A DNA stretch of 59,716 nucleotides, counting the filler, from Sphacelaria rigidula (taxonomy: Eukaryota), in assembly GCA_964200075.2 (NCBI GenBank). It is 6 parts of 6 records of this genome, joined end to end, with 100 filler letters (N's around TTAATTAATTAA, not from the genome) between each part and the next. Parts side by side here need not be neighbours in the genome. Positions count along the whole stretch, not along the records: positions 1 to 9,870 come from CAXNAA020007589.1; positions 9,971 to 19,840 come from CAXNAA020007590.1; 4 more parts are not named here. The stretch is one strand, 5' to 3'. A program made the position numbers and the translations under genes. Shown here piece after piece: positions 1 through 11,490 of the stretch (the stretch's first letter is position 1; each line of letters starts with the position of its first letter). The notes under the pieces were generated by a model. It had not been told where the DNA came from, searched no databases, and was given only the letters and a program-made list of their open reading frames with translations.

Positions 1-470
1 ACAGCAAGGGTCTTGTGGCTTTCACGCGACGCTGTCGGCAGTACGCCAGGCAAACCGGATCATAGCTACCTCCCGTCTGCGCAGTGGTGGTCACGCTAAC
101 AGGCTGCACCGATTTCGCAAGACCTGAGAAAGCTAGAGAGTTTGATTTTCATGAGCTGTATGCACAAGATGAAAACAGTTCTGAAAACCCTAGGGAAGGT
201 GTCCGCTTCAGGTCCAGTTGAACATCAGAAGAAACTGTCGAACAGCAAAACGAAACTTTTCGGGCATCGGCGTCGGACAGTGCTCGAACAACGGAACATA
301 ATTCGACAAGTTACTGTTCGTATTAGAAAACCATGCGCTTGGAACACTTTGCAGCTTGGGAGACACAGATTTTGATGGAAATAAACTTCTCCAGGCCACC
401 ATGTGTGTTGTACCCGCCTGTAAAAGTCGTTCTTTGTTCATCGATGCCTGGCTGGGGGACAGGGAAGCCA

Positions 471-572
471 CCCTTGGACCGCGGTGTTGGTAGTCGATCT
501 GGACCACGTGTACTTTTTCCAAGTGAATATCGATGCCGATTCAGCAGGTGACCTACTCTCGCGGTCTGACGG
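471..572. mobile_element. ~100-bp piggyBac-like MITE copy
   Basis: Starts CCCTTGGACCGCG and ends CGCGGTCTGACGG, followed by TTAA. The internal motif GATGCCGATTCAGCAGGTGACCTACTCTCGC is shared with the copies at 42965-43062 and 46622-46760. Confidence 0.65.
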
Positions 573-736
573 TTAAACCCTCCTGCGGAGTTTGGGTGGC
601 GGAAGATACTTTCGCTCTATGTTACTCTTTCGTACTTCCCTGCAATAGAGAAATGGGACTTCAACCTCATATTTTGTTTCAACCCCAAAAATTAGGATCG
701 GCTGTTATATGCCCAGCTGACGCTGTTCGTAATAAA

Positions 737-1010
737 TCTGTTTTTGCCCAATTTCCGGATGAATTGGAGGGCAAAGTGAACATTTATTTCGAGCTTCTTC
801 TTCTGTTCAAATTCCAAATCTGCCAGTGTGCATGGGATTTGCGCAGCAGAAGAAGCTGTCCGAAATAGATCCTTTTTTCGCCCAATTCAAATGGGCAAAA
901 AAATGATCTATTTTGAATAGGTTCTTCTGCTGTTCGAAATTAAAAAAAAATGCCCAAATAAATTGGGCAAGAAAAGGAACTGTTTTGAATAGCTTGTCCT
1001 GCTATCCGAG
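737..1010. repeat. Foldback array of alternately oriented ~45-bp units; clearest hairpin 844-932
   Basis: Arm 844-884 (CAGCAGAAGAAGCTGTCCGAAATAGATCC...GCCCA) pairs with 892-932, with about 6 mismatches and a 7-nt loop. Further degenerate units lie on both sides. Confidence 0.75.
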
Positions 1011-1813
1011 ATAAATTCACATATTCTGTACAAAAGTAGTTTGGAATTTACGGGAAAAAAAATGGAATTTTCAGAATTGGGAGGACCTCCCCACAGGGTT
1101 GCTTGCAGGGTTTCGACAAAAACGCCACGACAGGTACAGATTTACGTTTTTACTCTCAGGGTTTTTCACAAAGACTGTGGACAACCCTGTACGGACCCTG
1201 CACATTGCGCCCCACAGGGTGCTACCTGTCCACGGGTGATAGAACATGTCCACCTCCGGTCGGTTGGTGGTATTTTTTGGCACTGTGCAGCAGGCGCGTT
1301 TCTCAACCGCTACGAGGCCGTTTGCACCGTGCGATGGCTTGAACTATGGCTACGGGCTGTGTGAGTGTATTCCGGGTGTTGCAGTGTCGATGCCACGTCC
1401 ATGAGACAAACGCGGGCGGGTAGTCAAATCCCAGCTGGAGGTGGACATAACTATTTCCCCGTCGCGAGGTGGACATACCGGGTTTTTTCCGTGCTTCTAT
1501 TTGTATACCGATTATGCTCATTTTCCATCATAACAAAGGAAAATAAAATTGGAAGCGCGATGCAAAGCAGAGCAATCTATGTATCAAATATGGCCTGAAC
1601 GTCATGCTGAGAATATCTCTTCCTGGTGGCTCTTCGTGATCGTTCATTGTCCACCACCGTCCACCCTCGAACAGGTTTTTCGAATCCTTGGGAGGCCATG
1701 ACTATTGAAGGCTTCACCTCTTGACTGCCAGGTTGGGTCACCTGTTGAACGTGCACCATTTTTATTTAAACAAATATGGACGACCCGGACCATCCACCCT
1801 GGCGGTCACGGGG

Positions 1814-2339
1814 TTAAAGTGCCGACTGCTGAGCTATGCCATTTAGTTGTTTGACGAAGTCCTGCGCCTGCTGAGAGAGTCCCTGCGCCTCAAGTGCCTG
1901 AGCAAGGGTGTGCAAAGCCTCTTCATCGCCTCCGTCGTGTTTGTCGAGAACATGTCTGCATATTTCGCAGCATCTGCAATGAACAATAAAAGAGATTATT
2001 GAGCAGAGAGCTAGGGAGTATACGCACGGGTTTTGACGTGCTACGTAGGTGAGTGTTGAGGAACCGGCTGTTAACGCTCAGGACAGCCTTCGGCACCACA
2101 CCCTCGTAGTTGGACTCCTCTCCTCAATCCTGCCATCCGAAAGCTCGAAAAACCCACCTCTGGAAGCATCCCCGCTCGAGTAAGGCCTCGGCGAGTTCCA
2201 GGTTGGCTTCGTGGCACAACTCTCCGCCCGGACAGCAGCGTGACCGATCAGCGCTGCGATTTTCGTTCGTTGCAACACTGCCACCGTCACGTGTTCTGTC
2301 GATGCTCATGTGCATCTCTCCAGTTGATCTTCCGCTCAC
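1814..2339 (-). CDS. Last two exons of that gene (2158-2339, 1814-1973), TPR-like motif
   Basis: Spliced peptide HEANLELAEALLERGCFQR/CCEICRHVLDKHDGGDEEALHTLAQALEAQGLSQQAQDFVKQL fits the TPR pattern. The phase-2 intron 1974-2157 has a pyrimidine-rich acceptor, TCTCTTTTATTGTTCATTGCAG. Confidence 0.72.
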
Positions 2340-5300
2340 CTATAAACTCGTGTTCCCACAACGGCACTCGGTTCAGTGGACCACAGAGTATAGGAATGAC
2401 TGAACGGGAATTTATCTGGCAACGCGGAAAAGCTCGTTGATGTTTCAATGTCTCTCACGACTTTTCACGTTTGCAGCCATCAAAACGACAATTCATTGCG
2501 GCGTGAAGTCCGACCCTCCATGGTGTGTTGATCACTGTTGCCTCGCTTCCCCTGCTACTTGCCCGTCGCCGGCCCCTGTTACAGGACAACAGCGAACGGC
2601 CGCGTCTTGTCTCCTTGTCGTGGTATACTTGCGGCGACTTCGTCACACGCGAGTGGCGTGGGACACTTGCGACAACTCCGTCACTAGCGATTGGCGTCTC
2701 AGAGTTAGGACGAAATTTCATTCGCTTACATCTGGATCAACCTACACCTCGTTTGGCCCATCGCACGTCGTGTTTTGCGCGATCGGCGGTGAATGAAATG
2801 CATGATTTCCGTGCTAAGAATCATGCCACGAAAGAAGTGCACAAAACACATCCCAGGTTTTAACTGCTAGGAGTTTTTTTCCCCCAAGGGTTGAACTGTA
2901 GGAGCCTTCATCTCGTCCAAGAGACGACTTATGAAACACGTGAGGGCACGCCACGATTAGTACTCCAATGGACTAGGAATACTTCGAATGAAATCCAACA
3001 AGGGAATTTCCTTACCCATATTCTTGCGTAGCTCCCAACTTTAGAAGCCGCTCAATGAGAATCATCTGGACCCAAACGTGCAACGCCTACTGTGGCATAA
3101 CTCAACATTTAATTGGAGATGTAAGGGTCGATCTGTCACCTGATGAATACATTGGTCCAGCACCTTGATATCGGGCTGTGCGCTTCCACCAGTATCCTGA
3201 CACAATCAAGCGCAATAACAAATATAACAGAAAAGAAACAGTGTGCGTTCGACAACTGACGAAGAGCTTGCATCGCACGTTTCGAAGGATCCAACCGGCC
3301 ACCAATCTTCAAAAAGTCCTGATATGAGACGGCGAAAGACGAGCAAGCACCAAGTACTCAGGTACCGTCCCACCGGGCACGCCCGTTGCACCCGGTAATC
3401 CCTCAAATTGAGGCTCACGTTTCAATAAAAATATCGAAGAAATACACGTCTGACGTCACATCATATCAATCAGTTAGCGTCTGATAAATCTGACTCGAAT
3501 GCATCACATTACTTCGCGAGTTCGCCGCGCGTTCACATATTGTCGAAGCAGCATACGGGTATGTTCGTCTTTTCCTCGAAGAAGGCCAGCGCAGTCCCGG
3601 AACAAAGCGGATGCTTCGGAATGGGCCAGAGAACTCTCTTGGAATTCTCGTGCCCCCGCAAATAGTTCTCCCCGCGCTTCCAGGGCATACGCCAAATTCA
3701 TCCTTTGTTCCAACAGCGATTCGGAAGTGGAATCTTGATCGTCACTATTAGGGATAGTACTTTCGTTCGAGATCATGAGATCATAAGAGAGACTGGTGAA
3801 AAAGTGCGGAATGCGACCGCTGTGTCTGGCGGCGTGCTGGCTTCCTACGATATCGATAGCAAGAGCTCTTGAACAGGTGGTTTGTCGAAGCATTCCTCTC
3901 CGGAGGGTTGCCACTACTAGTGAATCCAAGGGTATAGTGTGTGTTCAGTCGCACAGAACACCTAATTTTTGCACCTTGGCCACGGATCGGCTCTCGGCGC
4001 CTCGCTGACACTATTTCGAAGATGTTCGATTAAATCCTGGTTCAGAGAGAGAGGCGTGCCCCCTTTCTCAGTCACCCCTGCTCCATCTGCCTTAGCTTTA
4101 TCAGTCACGACGGGTTCGGGGCATTGATGTTCGTCTCGATCCGGCTGCTCGCGAGGAAGATCGCTCTCTCTCGTTGTAACGCCGGCACCTTTCACGTCGG
4201 AACAGCCGGGTATGATGTTTATAGGCGACCCCCGAATTGAGTGCGCCTAAGGTAGATGAAATAGGATAAAGAAACGAAAACAACCGCTATTATATGGGAG
4301 CGACTAAAAAAGGAGACATGTTCCTACGCAGCCCAGGCATCATCTTGCGCTTTCAATCTACTTCTTCACGCACTAGGATTTACTCGAACATGACGTAGGT
4401 ACTCGTTCAAAGTATAGTACACTTTGTATGATACACGACCAATGAAAGTACAGCGGCTACGAGGAAAACACCACAGTACTCCAGGATAGATAACAAAAGT
4501 ACTAGTATCAAACTCACTCTCTGCTGCAGCCTGTTATGCCCCCAGTATAGCTTCCCCTCCCTCTCCTAAACGATGCGCACGCGGAGAGCATATACACGAC
4601 AGACAGGGTGAGAAGACACCGGAAACGGCGGTAGCGAAATAGACAATACGAGTGATGAGCGTTCAGACTTCTACACCTCTTGGCTTGCGCTATTATTACG
4701 TATCCAGGAATCATCTCGAAAGAGAAGTGTCGCGTTACCACCACTAGTACAGGCAAAACAAATTGGGCGCAAGGTTCCAGTAATACTGCAACATACACAA
4801 GCTAATCCTGAGCACCGTAGTATGCCAAATGACGTGTCATATACACGGAAAACTTCGCGTAGACAAATTAAGTCAAGTAGCATGCACAACCCTCTCACCT
4901 CAGTGTGTATCAGTTCTCAATAATTCTACGTTCGTCTATTTCCTGTGCATGTTTCGCTTCAACTATGTGAGTCTCCAGTGCTCACCACTAGCACGGGGTC
5001 TACAGCGGCGACAAGGGGACGCCTGGGATATCTCCCCTTGCTGCGATCATGGCTCCTATCGGCATGGTGTTCCTCGTCTAGCAAGCAGGATAAAGGATCG
5101 TCGTCGGACTCTACGATGCATAGTTTCTGGTACAGCCCGTGCCTAGAGTCACTTTTGGGCTCTTCTTCGATTGACATGGAATTTTCATTTCCCGCTTCCG
5201 CGTCGATCTACCGGTGAGTTTGGGTGGCGAAAACGTTCAAGCAAAGAGGGATACGCGGAATCTCTGGTTCACGATTGAAAACAACAACTTGGAACACCAG

Positions 5301-5915
5301 GCAGGGTATTAAACCGAAATCGCTCAAATACCAGATTTGGAGGTTGTCTTGCAAACGTTTTTGAAACGTCCTATATCAGAAAGCACATGCCACGTTAGCA
5401 GGTTATTAGCTACATCGTGTCTGATGGTGCGGCGATCGCAGGTCTTGCTGTTAAAATACGTGCTCTGCACAGGGAATTCTGATTGTGAACTCGGTCGCCA
5501 TTCGGAGCGACTGAAACATTGCAGTAATGGATCGCAGCAGGCACAACCAGAATTTCCAACTTTCTGCGTGGCAAGAAATATACATGATTCCGCTCTCGTG
5601 GTGGTCATCAGCTGTGGAGGGGGACCACTCGTAGTGGCAATCAGCCGTTAAGCAAACTGCTCGTCATATTTCTAATTTCCACATTCGAACTGAAAGCTGA
5701 CTGAAGCATACGTTTTGGACCTGTTCCCCCACTGCATTGGCGTTCTTGCCGTTGTTCGGTAGCTCTTGCTTCTGCGGATTCTTCATGCGCTCCACAATGG
5801 CCTCCAAGCGCGAAAGTATGCCGAGGTTTGCCTCAAGTATCCCTTGCTCTGGATCCCTGTTTTCGTCGTGATTACGCACACGGGGGGAGTGATGCCACGA
5901 TCGCCGCCTCCCCCC
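1814..5915 (-). CDS. Multi-exon gene of unknown function with C-terminal TPR-like helices and an internal MIT/TPR-like helix pair; 5' end unresolved
   Basis: Phase-compatible GT-AG exon chain: 5712-5915, 5460-5510, 5332-5370, 4986-5207, 4518-4565, 3975-4246, ~3513-3792, 3140-3196, 3016-3065, ~2515-2731, 2158-2339, 1814-1973 (ends in TAA). Strong donors include GG|GTAAGG at 3016, AGA|GTGAGT at 4518 and AG|GTGGGT at 2158. The donors at 3513 and 2515 are weak and the upstream exons are less certain. Confidence 0.6.
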
Positions 5916-7329
5916 CTAATAAAAGTGGCTGGTTTGAGGAGGCAAAAGCTACATGAGAATCAAAATGACGAAAGCTGAGCACACCGAGAAGCCGGGAACT
6001 CCCACGATTGAGACCGTTTTCACCCAATGTTCCTCACGTGAGGCGCTTCATGCAGTCTCAAAGCAGCCATTATACACTATTTTGCCATTTTCTTCGTCAC
6101 CGTTTTGGAGCTGCTTCGGAGGGGGGGCTATCGCGGCATCACTCGGGGAAAAGATACTTATCAATTCCTCCTGATCCAAAGCACGATCGCGCAATACGTA
6201 TTCTAGGAGCTCACGAGTGGACGGCCTGATTCTTGTGCGTCCGTCGCGGACTTCCAGTTGATGTGGCGATTTCCAAATATCATGAGAAGCAAATGTCCTG
6301 TCGGGTAGGTGCAGCACTTTACTGTTTACATTCTCGCAGGAAGAAAGTTCAGAAGTCTGCGAAGGCACGCTCTTGAGAGGCATCAACCTCCACGGTTGAC
6401 TCGAAGTAGCTCTTGACGATGGAGAGCAGGGTATATTTTCCCACCCCCTCCCCATTTTTGCACCATGAGTACACCCCCCATTTTTACACGTTTTCCATGC
6501 ACTTTTCCGACAACTCGGTCTTTTTTTTAGGGTTGGAAGACGTATGGTTTTGCGCTGCGATGGTCCTTTTCGTTTCCAGATTAGGAAAGTAGACACACCC
6601 TATGCGATTTAGCGTGAACATAGCCCCCATACTGCACACATCATGACTACACTGCACCCTAGATATATGGCCTACTGTACCCGGGGGGGGGTCCTATAAT
6701 TGAGTGCTTGCGGTTATGTTTCGCAGTGTAAGACCAAGTGTGGGTTTTTAGCACATGGACCAAAGGTTTTCATCACGAGACTGCTATTATCCCCTTTTTC
6801 TTGCACAAAACAGAAAAAGAGGTGTAAATTTTCCAAAACCAACCGCATCATTGTGAACGGGCCTTGCATTAGATAGTACGTAAAACTCGACGAAGGCGAA
6901 TGCTTGAATTTGGGCAATGGCAGCAGTACCTGGCTGTGTGGCAGTACCCGGCTGGAAAGCGAGTGACAACAGTCACTCTTGTGTTGTAGCTCGTGTTGGT
7001 GACATGGCTACAGTGACGTGAAAAAATACACAGGAATTTGATTTTTCTACACAGAGACACACAAGCTACTCCCCTCAGCGGTTACCGCTTGGAAACACGT
7101 CTTCGCGATACTGCATCAAACCTATGCAGCAGAATATAGACAATCCTGTTTCACAAATACTCCGGTATGTCCTCTCAAGATTTACGTCATTCTAGTTCCG
7201 ATAAGCATTACCCGAATGTCGCTCAGTATTCTCGCAAACAATATCCATCAATGTCCTCTCAAACAAGTCTCCTCAAAATACTTGCTCATGTACAACCTCG
7301 AATTACACCAGCCACTTGTGAGGTTGGAG

Positions 7330-8330
7330 TCTACGTAAGCGGGCAGTTCATCTCCATCTTCGGCATCCTCGCTGTGTGTTATTCGGATCAAATCGTCACT
7401 GCTACGTACCGAAGCACTCGTTTCAGATCGTTCATCGCTCTTGGACATGGTTTGGACATGCTCCCGGTGAGCACCATCGCAGAATGAACAATGTCCGGCC
7501 GCGCCCACCTCCTGATCTAAAGAAGGGAACCTATCCCAGCCCTGAAGAATGTATGCCCTCTGCCGACAAAACTTCTTGCTCCTCAATAAAGTCGGTCCTG
7601 ACTGAGCTGGTATCTCCACCGAGCGTGCATCCGCCATTCCAAACTTGTCAAGCACGGCCCTAGCATATGAATCTTGCGTTAAAGCATCGTTGCTGCGTTG
7701 ACGTTTCATTAGATTCTCATTCCGACGAGAAATCTTGCGTCTCCCAAGTCCGCCGTCTCGAACCTCTCTCGAAGCTGCTTGATGAGCAACACCTGTTCCT
7801 CGTCGTCTTCAGACAAGAGGATGTCATTTGTTTGAGCTGCATAGACACGAGTCAGCAGTGCTGTTCATACATTCGACCTCCAACAGATGAATATACAGAG
7901 TGCCCCACCAACCGCAGGAGGGAAGATTCAAACCGTAAAGCCGCGCCTGCAGTCTCCAGACCTGCTTAGCTCGTCCATCAGCACACTCGAACTTCGCTGG
8001 AGATACAATATACACTGGCTCCGCCGTCGGGGGAATCCTCGCGTCATAGGATGCCGACTTACAGCCGACTTGTTTGCGAGCAGGATCGTTCTTGGCAGCG
8101 TTGGCAATCACTAGGTGCACAGATTCCAGGGTATCCACAGGCGCTGCCTTGTCTGTGCCAGTACCATATTCGCGAGAACCTTGCACCACCACCCGAGTCT
8201 TGAGCCGAAACGCTGCACCATCCTGATTGTACCTCCACTTGTACGGCATCCTCGACGGAATAAGTTGTGCCCTGTCGGGCGAGTCTACCCATTCGAACAC
8301 GTCATGATCGATGGGCAACTTTTTATTTTC
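7330..8330 (-). pseudogene. Copia reverse transcriptase remnant and start of RNase H
   Basis: DHDVFEWVD...YKWRYNQDGAAFRLKTRVVVQG...VWRLQARLYGL...STADSCL; LTQDSYARAVLDKFGMADARSVEIPA; LPAYVDSN. Confidence 0.9.
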
Positions 8331-8649
8331 CCTCGAGATACATGCTTGCGATCCAATGCTCGGTATGTGGACGGACCTCTTGCAGTACAGCGGAATATAG
8401 TTATCATTGTTCGCTGGATCGGCAGGCATGTATCCTGCTATACCTCACCGGGGCATCCTGTCCTGATGTTTTCGAGTTTGCTTTCAATTATCAGGGTGTG
8501 TTCTGCTTGATTTTTACACCTCCTCGGACGATGTGTGCAGATTTTTAAATATCCGGCACTTCTCGCTTCCGGTTGCCCCGGCGCAAAAATCCTTGTTGCG
8601 CTGCGGCGCAGCTTGCGCCACTTCTTGTTCTTGTTAATCGTTCGTTATT

Positions 8650-9815
8650 AACTAACTGATTCCGGGGTGCAATATCCTCGTTGGTTCGGAAAAAGAATCA
8701 TGGTCTTCCTTAGGGCTAACCAAGTCGCGGGTGTTCTTCTCGCGAGATGACACTCCAGCTGAGATGGTAACTTTGAGTGGTTAGACTGGGTCACACAACC
8801 GGTACGCCTGGCTCTTCGTGTTGTACTCGACCAGATGCACGTTTTTGGCCCTGGCAACCAGCTTGTTGCACCTGAAACTCGCTATTACGTGCGTAGAGCT
8901 AACGAACCTCACTCATGCAACTCCAAGTAAATTGCCCATTTTTTTTGTCTAGCAATACCTCGATTGGAGCCTTTCGATCCAAAGCATCCGTGGGCATGCA
9001 GTTCTTGATGTATATCGCAGTTTTGACGACTTCTTGGTGAGGTGCCCCCAAGAGAAGGTTGCCCGCAGTGCCGAGATTGGAACGGAATCCATGCTCAGCA
9101 ATGATATTTCCTTGAGGGATGTATTGAGCTGTAGTCTTGATTTCGATCCCGAGTGACTGTAGTGGCCTGGCCGCGAGGTGATACTGGTGTCACTCTCAAG
9201 GAATATACCAGGCCAGGGGTGACACGAGGCCAGCGGCTGGCCGCAATGAACGATCGCAGTAGAGAGGAGCGACCCTCGAACTCGTGACTAACAGACCATT
9301 GAGTCCGACCAGCACTGCATCGTAAGGCCAAGCAGGGACTCACTTTCACGTGCAGAAGAGTGCTCTTGACTTGTTTGCAAGCGAGATATCTCCAGGTGGT
9401 GGCTGATAGCTTTGTTATTAGGTTTGCTAGGTAGCTAAAGACGATGGACCGGCCGGGGGGGGAATACCGTACTGCAAAACCCGACTGGGATATAACCCGA
9501 CTAACGTACAGCTGGAATACGACATACCGCCCATATCACGCACATAGAGAACGCCTTCTATGGAAGCGACGGATATCCGCCGTAACATGACTTCCATAAC
9601 GCTTCGAACCTCTCTTTGAATTCAGCCCCTCCATCATGGTGTACGTTCCCGATGCAGATATTTTCACGATCGGCAACACCCTGAACGGCGAGCCGAAGCG
9701 TTTCGGCGGCTTCATGGGTTAGTGATGTAGCTCCCCACCTCATTCGCGTCTTGTCGCCTGCAAAAACCGCGAGAGCCTGGCAACCCCCGTGCGATTTGAT
9801 GGGATGCTGAGTGAT
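8650..9815 (-). pseudogene. Copia integrase remnant, split by a solo LTR
   Basis: PIKSHGGCQALAVFAGDKTRMRW...HHDGGAEFKERFEALWKS | LGIEIKTTAQYIPQGNIIAEHGFRS...KTAIYIKNCMPTDALDRKAPIEV...KLVARAKNVHLVEYNTKSQAYRLCDP. Confidence 0.85.
9158..9587. mobile_element. Solo LTR (430 bp) with a 4-bp target-site duplication
   Basis: Termini TGTAGTGG...CCGTAACA, flanked by TGAC on both sides (9154-9157 and 9588-9591). Removing it restores the integrase frame (WKS-LGIEI). A related copy lies at 20166-20429. Confidence 0.85.
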
Positions 9816-9870
9816 GCTACGGTAGGGGTACAGAAATAATTTCTGATATTAGATTTGTTAGGAGCCCCCT

Positions 9871-9970
9871 NNNNNNNNNNNNNNNNNNNNNNNNNNNNNN
9901 NNNNNNNNNNNNNNTTAATTAATTAANNNNNNNNNNNNNNNNNNNNNNNNNNNNNNNNNNNNNNNNNNNN
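9871..9970. other. Artificial contig linker (44 N + TTAATTAATTAA + 44 N)
   Basis: An identical 100-bp spacer occurs five times. TTAATTAATTAA places stop codons in all six frames. Confidence 0.98.
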
Positions 9971-10130
9971 ATCGCCTCCTCTTCCTTCCTGTGCCATGAG
10001 GTCATGAACCTCTCCGTTCCCTGCAGCACTCCCGCGTGCCACGGCAACCCCCCCTCCTTCTTTGCTGCTGATGTCCAAAGGGCGCGGTCAATTCCGAATG
10101 TCTGGCGGTTGTCGTCCGTATTGCCCGAAA
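9971..10130 (-). mobile_element. LINE ORF C-terminal fragment, cut by the contig edge
   Basis: TDDNRQTFGIDRALWTSAAKKEGGLPWHAGVLQGTERFMTSWH is homologous to TDGSRPTFGVESVLWASAAKEGGIPWHAEVMQ in the LINE at ~16540-16645. Confidence 0.85.
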
Positions 10131-10342
10131 AAAAAAGGCTCGAAAGTGTGTCAGACAACCTGCCACACTCGGGGTGCGCTTGTATTTGGCTCAAAACGGT
10201 GTCAATCGGCATGGATGAGCATTTTTCATCCATGACAAGCTCGTTCGAGTAACCTTTGCTCCTTTCAACGACGATTTGACTTGGAATTTCGTGCAAGAAA
10301 TGGCCCAAAATACCCCCCTCCCCTATCGTAGGATGACTCAAC

Positions 10343-10397
10343 TTCCATGTGAAATTGATGCCGATTTAACATATGACTTACCCTTGCCGTCTGATGG
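10343..10397. mobile_element. Right half of a piggyBac-like MITE
   Basis: GAAATTGATGCCGATTTAACATATGACTTACCCTTGCCGTCTGATGG|TTGA matches the right end of the MITE family. Confidence 0.55.
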
Positions 10398-10979
10398 TTG
10401 AAACGGTTGTTGTGCACACGTAAAATCTATCCGAGGAATGAACGGTAAATACGCGATCCTGCGCAAAGAGGCCGGAACTTTAAATCGGAACGAATTGACG
10501 TCAGGAACACGACCGGGTTGGGTCCAGAATAGGAGCAGCACTTGACCGGTTAACCGAGGTTTGTACGTCATGAGTTTGAATGGGCATCGAGTTCTATGCA
10601 AATGTTAGTGCGTGACTGAGGTTGCGTATAGTCGCGGTTAAACGGTCAAAATGTCAGCTTGAAAGATGGAAACGAGCAATGAAAGCCCACGAGGTCGAAA
10701 TCGCACGTTAGAGTAGAAGCGTTATTTACCGAAGGATCTCGCTGCAATTTTTGGAGATGGAGTGTTGACCGTGATGGAAATCATTATCTATTTTGTTTTT
10801 TTAATCGACATCATTTTCCGTAATTTTGAAGTCAAAATGATGCCGATTCGCACAAACATGAATCGCCAGTGTTTTCGAAAAGGATCAACGGGTTGCATTA
10901 TTCCGGCGTCTTTTCTTTTCTAATATATATTCTCAACTTTCTTACTCCCTCAAGAAACACATGGCATTCTTCGTAACAA

Positions 10980-11490
10980 CCGTTAGACAGCGAGCGCCGT
11001 CTCGGAACAGATTCACAGGCTGACAATCAATATACATTCGGGTGTTTGCAGTGGACGGCGGTCTGGTTTTTGACGTGGTGGGGGGGGGTGTCTGTCCGAT
11101 GGGGAACCAAAGAGCTCACCAAGGCAACTATTTGTGTTTGCAAGTTTCCTGCGGAAAATGATGAGCCGTGCCCTCGTATGAGGTGGCAATTTAGGTCCAC
11201 AGCGTCTGTAGCGTTCTTGTTTAGCGCTAGGCGGAGGCATCGGCAGCATGCCGTTAGTTGTGTTTCAGTGGGGAGCGATGGCACGATAAGCTGTCTCTTG
11301 TCGTTGATCCCAGTGAAGAGCAACAGCGCACATATGTACCGACTCTGCACGCAATTGGCCACAGGGTCAAACTCGGTTAGCGGTTCCCCGGGACTATTCC
11401 CATATACTGTAGATGACAAACATTGACGTGTTCATGAAAAGGGTTTCTTGTGTAGCGAGAGAAGAGCAGGTGTAAACCTCAAATGTGGCG
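10980..11490 (+). mobile_element. Longer non-autonomous element with a piggyBac-like left end; homologous to 41385-42125
   Basis: CCGTTAGACAGCGAGCGCCGTCTCGGAACAGATTCACAGGCTGAC matches TTAA|CCCTCAGACAGCGAGCATCGCTTCGGAACAATTTCACAGGCTGAC at 41381. Internal blocks 11050-11160 and 11335-11490 also align. Confidence 0.6.

Larger units (their letters stand above)
7330..9815 (-). mobile_element. Degenerate Ty1/copia LTR retrotransposon internal region (INT then RT)
   Basis: Integrase motifs lie upstream of RT motifs on the minus strand, which is copia order. Many stops and frameshifts; no flanking LTRs seen. Confidence 0.9.

Noticed and set aside
4677..4785. Additional exon in the first gene
   Set aside because: It has a good acceptor, but its open frames do not match the phase-0 donor at 4986. 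The chain is consistent without it.
6048..6596. Protein kinase call from RPSTRELLE (subdomain XI-like)
   Set aside because: No HRD, DFG or APE motifs found nearby. It may be an upstream exon of the first gene, but I cannot establish its splice phase.
9915..9926. TTAATTAATTAA as a biological motif or piggyBac target
   Set aside because: It sits in the middle of N runs, identically five times, so it is an assembly linker.
9919..10341. ORFs running into or across N runs (also 29675-29857, 29862-30095, 39634-39834)
   Set aside because: Their length and stop codons come from the linker.
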